DNA of 64,000 nucleotides from a virus (lineage: Duplodnaviria; Caudoviricetes), in IMG/VR virus record IMGVR_UViG_3300025267_002170; one strand, 5' to 3'. The position numbers and the translations under genes were made by a program. Shown one piece after another: positions 18,030 to 25,708 of the stretch; the stretch's first letter is position 1, and each line of letters starts with the position of its first letter. The notes beneath the pieces are model-generated. The model did no database searches. It saw only the letters and a program-made list of their open reading frames with translations, and was not told the DNA's origin.

Positions 18030-18578
18030 TGAGAGACAAGGAACAAGAAATTGTAACTCGTCTCTCAAAGAGAAGGGTGGACGGCTCTAAGTGGTCGTTC
18101 CCACAAAGAGTATCCTTCTCGCAAAAGACGGTTGTCCAGTTAAAGCCTTCTTCGCACAACCAGAGATAACTTCGGTTATCAATGAACGTGACAGGATTGG
18201 TAAGACAGTTTAGGATTTACGGGGTAAGGCTTACCCCGCGACCGTTTTTCACTTTCTTTGACAACACGAAACAAACACTGACAGGGTAGCTCCCTGTTGG
18301 TAGGACGGTGGCCGAACACCAAAGCTAGGCAGAGGTGGTAAGGCACACATCTAACAGAGTATGTCCAAATGGATGAGGCTGTTAGAAGTGGTACAAAGTA
18401 GGGAAGCCCTTCACAGGGTGGACATATCTGTCCCCGAAAAGTTGTGGGTAATACATAAGTCCCACCCGTCCATATACAAAGCAAGTGGGTTTGGAGTTGC
18501 CCTTTCCTCAACCTCTTGCCTCAAAACCTCACTAAGTAGTATGATGCTAACGCATGGAAGCACTTAGTGGGGTTTTTT
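18030..18578 (+). ncRNA. Candidate structured ncRNA(s)
   Basis: Promoter at 17995, C(UUCG)G hairpin, several perfect stems, long-range stem, terminator. Confidence 0.5.
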
Positions 18579-18919
18579 CGTTGGACATAACTCCTTGTTT
18601 AGCAAGGGGTTATGACCGCGCGGTAGTGCGGCGACGTAACCTCTTGCCACACAACGACTTACGTAAAATGCCAAATGTAGCTAATGCTGCACTAGACATT
18701 TTGCCGATATAGAGTATAATGATAGGCATGACTTTGAAGGGGCGGCGAGCTTTGAGAGACGTTCTACCCCGCTCGCTCTCGGCTCGTCGCCCCTGTGTCT
18801 CACCTGTTCCAGTCGGCTGAAGGTCTGGGATGGTCTGTAGTCAGCGAAAACGTTAAAGTTAGGGGTTGACAAGGGCCGATAATACCTTATAATGGGGTAG
18901 ATTGAAAAGGGAAATTGAT

Positions 18920-19207
18920 ATGCTGCCGACTGTTGAAGAAAAGACCATCATCGCCACGCTTGGAAGGGCACAGGCTCGTCATAAGATTGATGAGTACACC
19001 CACGCGATGATGACGAAGATGCACAAGGAAAACCGGCCCCTGCTGGAAGCGTTGTGTCTCATTCTTAACGAGTTCAAGTTGGACGAGCGTTCCACCTGTC
19101 ATGCCATGACCATGATGAGCCTGATGTACGACTGCCTGAATACACAGGGTGAGACTAACGAATTGCACGAGATGTTCGGAGAAGAGGGCGAGACCGATGA
19201 CGCTTAA
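18920..19207 (+). CDS. Hypothetical protein
   Basis: Promoter at 18866, AAGGG RBS. Confidence 0.7.
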   Translation: MLPTVEEKTIIATLGRAQARHKIDEYTHAMMTKMHKENRPLLEALCLILNEFKLDERSTCHAMTMMSLMYDCLNTQGETNELHEMFGEEGETDDA

Positions 19208-19415
19208 CGAATTGTGGCAAACTGCCGTGGAACACTTCCCGGCATGTCATATCACAGAAGATATTGAGGGGGAAATCGTGATTAGTACGGGCTTGATGTG
19301 GGAAGCCCCGCCGGGGTATGCCGGAGTCGGACCACAGAATGTTCCGCTTCACGCAAGGGGAAATGTTGAACTTAGGGAAATGAACGAAGGGGATTTACCA
19401 GATGTTGAGAACTGA
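19197..19415 (+). CDS. Hypothetical protein
   Basis: Overlapping operon, GAGGG RBS. Confidence 0.65.
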   Translation: MTLNELWQTAVEHFPACHITEDIEGEIVISTGLMWEAPPGYAGVGPQNVPLHARGNVELREMNEGDLPDVEN

Positions 19416-19626
19416 AGACGTTGCACGGGTTGCTAGTGACATGGGGCTGGTGCTTGACAAGAGAGTGACCATTCAGGACGGCATTACCTATCGGTATACG
19501 CTGTATGACAATAACGAGTTTGTAGAGGACTTTTTCGAGACGTTGGCACAGGCGTGGAGTTACATCTACTATTACGATGAGGAACGGGAATATGAGAATC
19601 TCAGGCCCAACATTGAATCAGCTTAG
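19402..19626 (+). CDS. Hypothetical protein
   Basis: Operon packing. Confidence 0.65.
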   Translation: MLRTEDVARVASDMGLVLDKRVTIQDGITYRYTLYDNNEFVEDFFETLAQAWSYIYYYDEEREYENLRPNIESA

Positions 19627-19864
19627 ACCACTTTTGACTAAGGCGTTGCAAACTGGTGCGGAAGTTTCCTTTATGTACCACGACAAGCGACGTAGCGGCC
19701 CACTGAAGGATTTTGGTTGGGGTCCGCAAGGCCCGTTTATCACAATTCAGGATTCCAAGTATGTGAATTGTCCCGAGGGAGATATTCCCCATACCGAAAT
19801 CAAGAGCTTCTCACTTGTCAAGATGAGCGAGTTGCGAGTTGAGCAGTTTGTGGGGACTGAATAA
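19592..19864 (+). CDS. Hypothetical protein (possible WYL/Sm-like fold)
   Basis: VSFMY..K.R ... IKSFSL.KMSEL pattern. Confidence 0.55.
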   Translation: MRISGPTLNQLRPLLTKALQTGAEVSFMYHDKRRSGPLKDFGWGPQGPFITIQDSKYVNCPEGDIPHTEIKSFSLVKMSELRVEQFVGTE

Positions 19865-20106
19865 TGGATAATGTACGTATCCAGAACAAAGACATATATA
19901 TACAGGGCGGTACTAAGGGAACCAACAAGGATGCGAGGGGTTCTGCTGACGATGTTCTATCAAAAGAAAGAGCGCCCAATGTAGAACTTTACGCGGAAAG
20001 ATGGGAGCAGGGACTAAATATTTGGACGGGTGAACCAATGACAGACATAGCGTTGACAGATTGGAAAAACCAACAGAAGCGACAGCGACGTAAACGCTTG
20101 TCCTGA
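19864..20106 (+). CDS. Hypothetical protein
   Basis: TAATG coupling; C-terminus runs into a repeat. Confidence 0.6.
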   Translation: MDNVRIQNKDIYIQGGTKGTNKDARGSADDVLSKERAPNVELYAERWEQGLNIWTGEPMTDIALTDWKNQQKRQRRKRLS

Positions 20107-20268
20107 CAGAGGTTAGGGCGGCGGCCTACTGCGGCGACGTAACCTCTTGTTATATAAGGAGTTATGGCTACTTGGTCATAATTCCTTTTTTTGTGAAGTA
20201 CGTCGGTTGACATTGCCGATATATACAGTAGAATGGGAAGCGTAACACAGAAAAGAAGGGGTAACAGA

Positions 20269-21051
20269 ATGTTGAAGTGGTCGAAAGCAAACGCGAAAAC
20301 GGAACGGCTCAACGAGAGTTGCTGGGCAATCGCCAAGTATCTTGACGACGGGCGGAAGGTTTACAGCCTCGACCTGCTGTCGGGCTATTCGTGCCCGTTT
20401 GCGGAAGCGTGTCTCTCGAAAGCGGTTGTCGGTGACGACGGCAAGCGGACAATTAAAGACGGTCCCAAGAATGAGTTCCGTTGTTTCTCCGCATCGCAAG
20501 AGGTGCAGTACACCAACGTATACAATCTCCGCAAACACAATTACGACACCCTGAAGGAAAACCAAGACGACTGGCCGTTGATGTATCTGGAATTGTGGAA
20601 GTCGATGCCCGAGAATGCCGGGATTGTTCGGATTCACGTCGCCGGGGATTTCTTCAACGAAAACTATCTCAAGGCGTGGATTCACCTCGCGAATAATCGA
20701 CCGGACGTTCTGTTCTACGCCTACACCAAAAGCCTGAAATATTGGGATGCTCTGAGAAGTGAGATTCCCGAGAATCTGGTGCTGACGGCGTCATATGGTG
20801 GGCGGGATGACTGGATGATTGAGCATTTTGATTTCCGGTTCGCTCAAGTGGTGTTCTCCGAAGCGGAAGCGGTGGACCTCGGATTGTTCATCGACCACGA
20901 CGATTCCCATGCGGCGAATCCGACGTGGCGGGACGAGAGTTTCGCACTGTTGATTCACGGGACACAACCAAAGGGAACGGAAGCGGCGACGGCGTTGAAG
21001 GCTCTCAAGGGCAAGGGGAGTTATTCTAGAAAGCAAGGGGCGACGGTATGA
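20269..21051 (+). CDS. Gp88-like phage protein (radical-SAM-related family)
   Basis: L.SGYSCPFA..C, RIHVAGDFF...Y...W, FYAYTKS, NLVLTASYG. Confidence 0.75.
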   Translation: MLKWSKANAKTERLNESCWAIAKYLDDGRKVYSLDLLSGYSCPFAEACLSKAVVGDDGKRTIKDGPKNEFRCFSASQEVQYTNVYNLRKHNYDTLKENQDDWPLMYLELWKSMPENAGIVRIHVAGDFFNENYLKAWIHLANNRPDVLFYAYTKSLKYWDALRSEIPENLVLTASYGGRDDWMIEHFDFRFAQVVFSEAEAVDLGLFIDHDDSHAANPTWRDESFALLIHGTQPKGTEAATALKALKGKGSYSRKQGATV

Positions 21052-21467
21052 CCTGTATCAACTATGATAAGCGGCTCTATGTCTACTGGAATCTCCACAA
21101 ACAAACGTGGAGTGTGAGACAGAGCGGCAAGGTGTTGTGCCACACCGACTATATCCACCTGAAGGATTGTCGGTTTCTGGTAGGCAAGGCTGGACAGGCA
21201 CGGGTGCGGCGTGAGGGCAAGAAGAACGTCCACGCTGGCGTATCGGGCTACCTTGCAATGAATGCAGAGGTTCCCACCTTCAAAGCCGACCGCGATTGTT
21301 TTGTGATGTATAACCCGTACAAGCATAATACGTTCATTCAACGTACTGGCGTGTGTGATGACCAGTATCCTATCCCGGTGACGGAATCGGAATGGGCTAA
21401 GATGTATGTTCTGGAAGGTAAGCCCACGGTGCGAGCCATAAACCACAATATAACGCAACCCGTGTAA
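21048..21467 (+). CDS. Conserved phage hypothetical protein
   Basis: VYWNLHK..WSVR, REGKKNVHA, YNPYK. Confidence 0.75.
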   Translation: MTCINYDKRLYVYWNLHKQTWSVRQSGKVLCHTDYIHLKDCRFLVGKAGQARVRREGKKNVHAGVSGYLAMNAEVPTFKADRDCFVMYNPYKHNTFIQRTGVCDDQYPIPVTESEWAKMYVLEGKPTVRAINHNITQPV

Positions 21468-21768
21468 TAGCAAGGACTTAGGGCCGCGCCCTAGGGCGGC
21501 GACGTAACCTCTTGTCATATAACGAGTTACGTCGATTAGGGTAAATTAGGCCCAGGTTTCACCTTATCCAGCCGGGTCGGTGGACATGGTGGTAGTCAGC
21601 ATAGTCAGCATAGTCAGGTAGTCGGGCGAATCTGGAATTCTCAAAAAACCTTGCAGAAATGACCTTGACCCTGCCGATAACACTTGTATAATGGGAGCAT
21701 AAGCAGTTGAGGAATAAGCGGGCGAGTGACCCGCAAACATTTTGGCCCCTAACGGGAGAGTTGAGACC

Positions 21769-22125
21769 ATGGCAGATGCGAAGAAGAGTGGCGAGAAGCG
21801 TGTTCGGGTTGCGGACGAGAACTTTGTGGTTGAGTGGGTGCGAGTTGCCGCCCTCATGGACAACGATGGGAAGCGAATCGGAACGCATCAGATGATTGCC
21901 GAATCGCTTGGCCTGCAAGAGACCAGCGTCATCCAGCGGCAGTACGCTGTCAACCGCAAGCTGACCAGCGGCGGGTTTGAGAAGTTGCCGAAGTTGCCGA
22001 CCGAAGGACGGCAGAGCGTCAACATCGCGGAACTCGCCAAGCTCGCTGGACTGAAAGCACTGGCAAAGGCCGACGAGGCCGACGCCAAGGCCGAGGCCGA
22101 CGCCGAGGCCGAAGCCCAGTCGTAG
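21769..22125 (+). CDS. HTH-like protein with Ala/Glu tail
   Basis: Promoter at 21665, GGAG RBS, IAESLGLQETSV. Confidence 0.7.
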   Translation: MADAKKSGEKRVRVADENFVVEWVRVAALMDNDGKRIGTHQMIAESLGLQETSVIQRQYAVNRKLTSGGFEKLPKLPTEGRQSVNIAELAKLAGLKALAKADEADAKAEADAEAEAQS

Positions 22126-22145
22126 CGAGCGAAACGCTCCTACTG

Positions 22146-22194
22146 TCGGGGCGGTAGCAGGTTTCTCACGGCCTGTTACCGCCCCGATTTTTTT
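22146..22194 (+). terminator. Intrinsic terminator
   Basis: TCGGGGCGGTAGCAGG/CCTGTTACCGCCCCGA followed by T7. Confidence 0.8.
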
Positions 22195-22398
22195 GTCTTC
22201 CAAGCGATTGACGTAAGTCCTTGCGTGGCAAGGGGTTGCGTCCGCGCGGTAGGGCGCCGTCCTAACCCCTTATCTGACAACGGTTTACGTCTATTCTGAT
22301 AAACTTGGCGTTTCCTGTGAAGTGGGCGGTTGACTTTGGACGATATATAGAGTACACTGGGTGAGTTGACACACTTCTTTTTTTGAAAGGGTCAGAAC

Positions 22399-23622
22399 AT
22401 GACCGACTACACGACGCTGCGACCGACCGACGACACCAAGGACGAGGGGGCATTCGTGCAGACGCTGCAAGGGCAGACCGGCGCGGGATTCCAGAAAAAT
22501 ACGCACGTCCACAAAGACTGGTGGGCACAGACGGAATCGTTCGAGGATGGACTCGAAGCGTTGGAGCAGGGCATTGCAGAACGCGAGGACGTTATGGTTC
22601 CCCGTTCGCAGATTACTCCCGCCGTCAATCTGGCTGGTGAGTTCGTCATGCAGTTGGCAGACGGGCGTGAGTTCAAGCCAACGCAACACGCCGTGAACCA
22701 GTTTGGGGTGGCTACTTTCACAAGTACGTTCTTCCTCAACTCGCTGATGACCAACCCCGAGAAGAACAACGGGCAGGAGCGATTCCAGCGGGACGAACAG
22801 GATGCCGACACGCTGGTCGCCGTTTGCGAGAATGCGTTGCGGCGGGTGGATGCGGACAAGAATTTCCGTCTCCGCACTTATCAGGACGGAACGCTCCGTG
22901 CCTTCCTCACTGAGAAGTACGCTCCGATTGACAACCGCTGGTATCTTGAGCAGTTGAGCAACATCCTTCCGGGCGGTCGGCTTTCCCACTGGCGTGGTGA
23001 TGCTGACACCATTTTTGGCAACGTGCTTCTGCCTGATACGATTATCGACTACGGGCAGGATGACGACACCGATTACGGCGGGATGCTTTCAATCGGCAAT
23101 TGCGAAATCGGAACGCGGCGTGTCTCTCAGATGCCCAGCATCTTTCGGGCTATCTGCCTCAACGGTTGCATCTGGGGACAGACCAAAGGGAAATCTATCT
23201 CCAAGGTTCACCGTGGCACGATTGACCTTGACGGGCTGGCTTCCGATATCAGGAAGAATATCGAAGCTCAATTGCCGCTGCTGCCGGATGGCATCGAACG
23301 GTTCCTCGGCATCAAGGTTCATACCTGCGATGAGGTTTCCATGAAGAATCTCATCGGCGCGGTTTGCACCGACAGGAAGCTCCGCAAAAAGGAATCGACT
23401 GAGGTTCTGACTCAGTGGGTTCAGCATGAGCGGACTGACCGTAACCTGTTTGGAATCGTGAACGCGGTTACCCGCGCGGGTCAAACTCTGGACAACACCA
23501 GTTGGGTCAAGTTCGACGAGATTGGTGGCGACCTGATTGGAATGACCGAGAACCGTTGGGACGCTCTCAAGAAGCGTGCCGATACTTACACTGAGAAGGA
23601 AATCGAAGCGGTTTTCGTCTAA
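22399..23622 (+). CDS. DUF932-like protein
   Basis: RAFLTEKYAPIDN, ISIGNCEIG-like segment, IFRAICLNG, FGIVNAVT. Confidence 0.7.
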   Translation: MTDYTTLRPTDDTKDEGAFVQTLQGQTGAGFQKNTHVHKDWWAQTESFEDGLEALEQGIAEREDVMVPRSQITPAVNLAGEFVMQLADGREFKPTQHAVNQFGVATFTSTFFLNSLMTNPEKNNGQERFQRDEQDADTLVAVCENALRRVDADKNFRLRTYQDGTLRAFLTEKYAPIDNRWYLEQLSNILPGGRLSHWRGDADTIFGNVLLPDTIIDYGQDDDTDYGGMLSIGNCEIGTRRVSQMPSIFRAICLNGCIWGQTKGKSISKVHRGTIDLDGLASDIRKNIEAQLPLLPDGIERFLGIKVHTCDEVSMKNLIGAVCTDRKLRKKESTEVLTQWVQHERTDRNLFGIVNAVTRAGQTLDNTSWVKFDEIGGDLIGMTENRWDALKKRADTYTEKEIEAVFV

Positions 23623-23624
23623 AC

Positions 23625-23711
23625 GTGGACGGCACAGCATCGGAGGCTTTCGCCTTAGTATTGTGTGCGTGCTTTGTCATTAGTGGCTTAGTCGTACTTC
23701 TCAAAGACTGA
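23625..23711 (+). CDS. 28-aa membrane peptide
   Basis: GTG start just after the upstream stop; hydrophobic; followed by a terminator. Confidence 0.4.
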   Translation: MDGTASEAFALVLCACFVISGLVVLLKD

Positions 23712-23715
23712 CCCC

Positions 23716-23748
23716 AACCCCCCCGCAACGTGCGGGGGTTTTTCTTTT
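23716..23748 (+). terminator. Intrinsic terminator
   Basis: CCCCCGCA-ACG-TGCGGGGG followed by a T tract. Confidence 0.8.
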
Positions 23749-24099
23749 GGTATGTATAAGAGTTGACGTAAGTCCTTATCTGACAAGAGGTTACGTCCGC
23801 GCGCTACCGCGCCGACCTAACCCCTTTGACACCAACGACTTACGTCGATTCGCCGGAAAGCAAGCATCTTCCAGTAGCGAACTGTACTAACGCCCTATAC
23901 TAACGTAGTCTGGTCAGATTCGAGGCCGAGCAAGTAGTGTCTTTGCTAAGCAAACCAGATACGGTTAATTTAAGGTAGTCAGCACTTTCGCGTATCCGAG
24001 TGTATATTAGTGCATAGTCGGGGTATTTCCTAAGCCATCCAGATTGGTCTAATGTTGGGTAGTCAGCACTTTTACGGTAGTCAGTTATACTAACCTAAG

Positions 24100-24309
24100 T
24101 CACAGGACTTCTGGGGTCAGTATAGGACTGCATGGAGACCCGGCTACCTCCAGAGACAAGGCCCAGTTGACCTCTTTGCCACAAGCCTCAGTAAACCTCT
24201 TAGCGCGCTTATCAGCCTCTATATCAACGTCAGAAGTAGTAGTCGCACAGTATCGCCCGCCATTACGAACATCGCCCTCACTGTCTACGAGGATAATTTG
24301 GTAAAGCAT
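24100..24309 (-). CDS. Hypothetical protein, the only convincing minus-strand gene right of 7 kb
   Basis: GAAGGG RBS and a minus-strand TTGACC-16-TATAAT promoter at about 24375-24402. Confidence 0.6.
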   Translation of the reverse strand: MLYQIILVDSEGDVRNGGRYCATTTSDVDIEADKRAKRFTEACGKEVNWALSLEVAGSPCSPILTPEVL

Positions 24310-24506
24310 TATGTCCCTTCTTATTTAACCAGATTGTTCCAATGTAAGTCAGTCAGCAACTTTGGCCCGTGTATCATTATAGTCGGGACTATCCCCCGGT
24401 CAAGGGAATCTGGAAAATCTTGGGAAAAAGCGGAAACGGGGTATAGACTTATATGCCAATTGCCGATACAATAGGGTAGACAACGACTTAAAATAAAGGG
24501 GATGAA

Positions 24507-24776
24507 ATGCACCAGCCAGTAGATGATAGACTAATAGAAAAGATTCAGGTCAAGATACTAAACAGATTGGGAAAGCCGCCGGGCCTTATGTCTGTACATT
24601 GTGTCAACGTGTTTGATAACAACTGGAGAATTAACGTCTGGACTAAGGGGATGACTGACGCTGGTGTACCAACACATGAAATTACTCACAGTTTCTTCTG
24701 TGAAATGACCAAGGGGGGTACACTCAGGTGCAACCCGAAGATAGAAAAAATATACTATAGCAAAACAAAGGCGTAG
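24507..24776 (+). CDS. Hypothetical protein
   Basis: AAGGGG RBS; NVFDNNWRINVW motif. Confidence 0.7.
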   Translation: MHQPVDDRLIEKIQVKILNRLGKPPGLMSVHCVNVFDNNWRINVWTKGMTDAGVPTHEITHSFFCEMTKGGTLRCNPKIEKIYYSKTKA

Positions 24777-25192
24777 CCTGTAGGGACTATTGGGTACAAT
24801 TCCCACTAATCACTGCTGTTTTACAGGGTTTTTGGGCACATAGTCACTTGTTGTGGAGGGAAGTGGTTGACTAAAAAAACAGTGTCAGTCATTACTTCCC
24901 CTCTATGGGTTATTCATTGTATTCTTTATGTATGTTCTATAGGGATTATAAGGGGGTTTTTTGGTAGGAATAACAATCAACACAAGTTCTACAGTTAACT
25001 GGAGGTCTTATCATGCCTCACAAGCAAACGGGAGAAAATAAACAAAAACAAAGGAAACCAGAGAAAATGGAACTAAAAGAAAGCGAAGTTATACAATGGT
25101 TAGAGGATTTAGACTACGAGATGATTAGATGGATGACGGAGGGTACAAGCCCTAATAATACACCAAGGTCAGACTGTGGATAAGGGACAAGG

Positions 25193-25708
25193 ATGCCAGT
25201 CGAAAAAACACCAGATAACCCTCATGGTTGGGGTTACATTGAAAAAAGAATTGTAGAACCTCACTATCAATTGAGTCCTAGAATTCAGATAGTAATTGGG
25301 GATGAGATTAAGGTCAGCAAGGGTCCATATTGGATGAGTAAAGATGGGGTGAAGGTTAGTCTAGATAAGATGAAAGGCAAGTGGCAGGTTGAGGGTATAT
25401 TTGAAAACTTCTGTGGAGAAACTGAACTAGACATAATACAGATTTGGCCGGGAGGTTTGTCCGGTTCAACTACTACTATTGCAGTTACGGGTGATGAACA
25501 TCCTAGCCCAGTTGTTGAAACCATAACAAGACGACCATACAAAATTAGATTAGCAACATCAAGAATAAAAAGAAGGAGAAAGGTAAGTATTGAAACCACT
25601 CATATTGAACCTGTAAGAGCGCAGGAGGAGAAAGAAAAGAAGCCTGTTGCTAAGAAGGCCAGTTTGTCAGACCTTGCAAAAATCATTGAGGAATCGAAAA
25701 ATGACTAA
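25193..25708 (+). CDS. Hypothetical protein
   Basis: 171-aa ORF with RBS. Confidence 0.7.
   Translation: MPVEKTPDNPHGWGYIEKRIVEPHYQLSPRIQIVIGDEIKVSKGPYWMSKDGVKVSLDKMKGKWQVEGIFENFCGETELDIIQIWPGGLSGSTTTIAVTGDEHPSPVVETITRRPYKIRLATSRIKRRRKVSIETTHIEPVRAQEEKEKKPVAKKASLSDLAKIIEESKND

Larger units (their letters stand above)
7056..23842 (+). repeat. Dispersed repeat family A: 26 copies of a ~74-bp double-dyad element delimiting gene cassettes
   Basis: TAACTCCTT-N7-AAGGGGTTA + 24-bp GC linker + TAACYYCTT-N7-AACGACTTA. First-dyad starts: 7056, 7453, 7711, 7913, 8330, 8741, 8943, 9360, 9771, 9973, 10255, 10903, 11351, 11796, 12059, 12664, 13157, 14356, 15121, 16788, 17627, 18588, 20091, 21456, 22214, 23769. 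The second dyad is always at +49. Confidence 0.95.

Noticed and set aside
14505-18578. Known ribozyme, group I/II intron or RNase P in the non-coding cassettes
   Set aside because: I could not recognise hammerhead, HDV-like, intron or RNase P core motifs by eye. An Infernal search is needed to exclude them properly.
7874-23640. Many ORF-track entries crossing the repeats or on the minus strand (e.g. 7874-8104, 8206-8472, 8587-8907, 12989-13510, 15625-16338, 22291-22989)
   Set aside because: They are translations of the repeat (recurring LTPYLTRG, RNPLSDK) or shadows of GC-rich + strand genes, and they lack an RBS.
7056-23842. CRISPR array
   Set aside because: Repeats are degenerate, and the intervals range from about 130 bp to over 1.5 kb and contain promoters and genes. 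No cas genes are present.
7056-23842. Canonical integron attC array
   Set aside because: TAAC/GTTA boxes and the two-site layout are reminiscent, but box spacing differs, the units do not end in GTTRRRY, cassettes carry their own promoters, and no intI is in the window.
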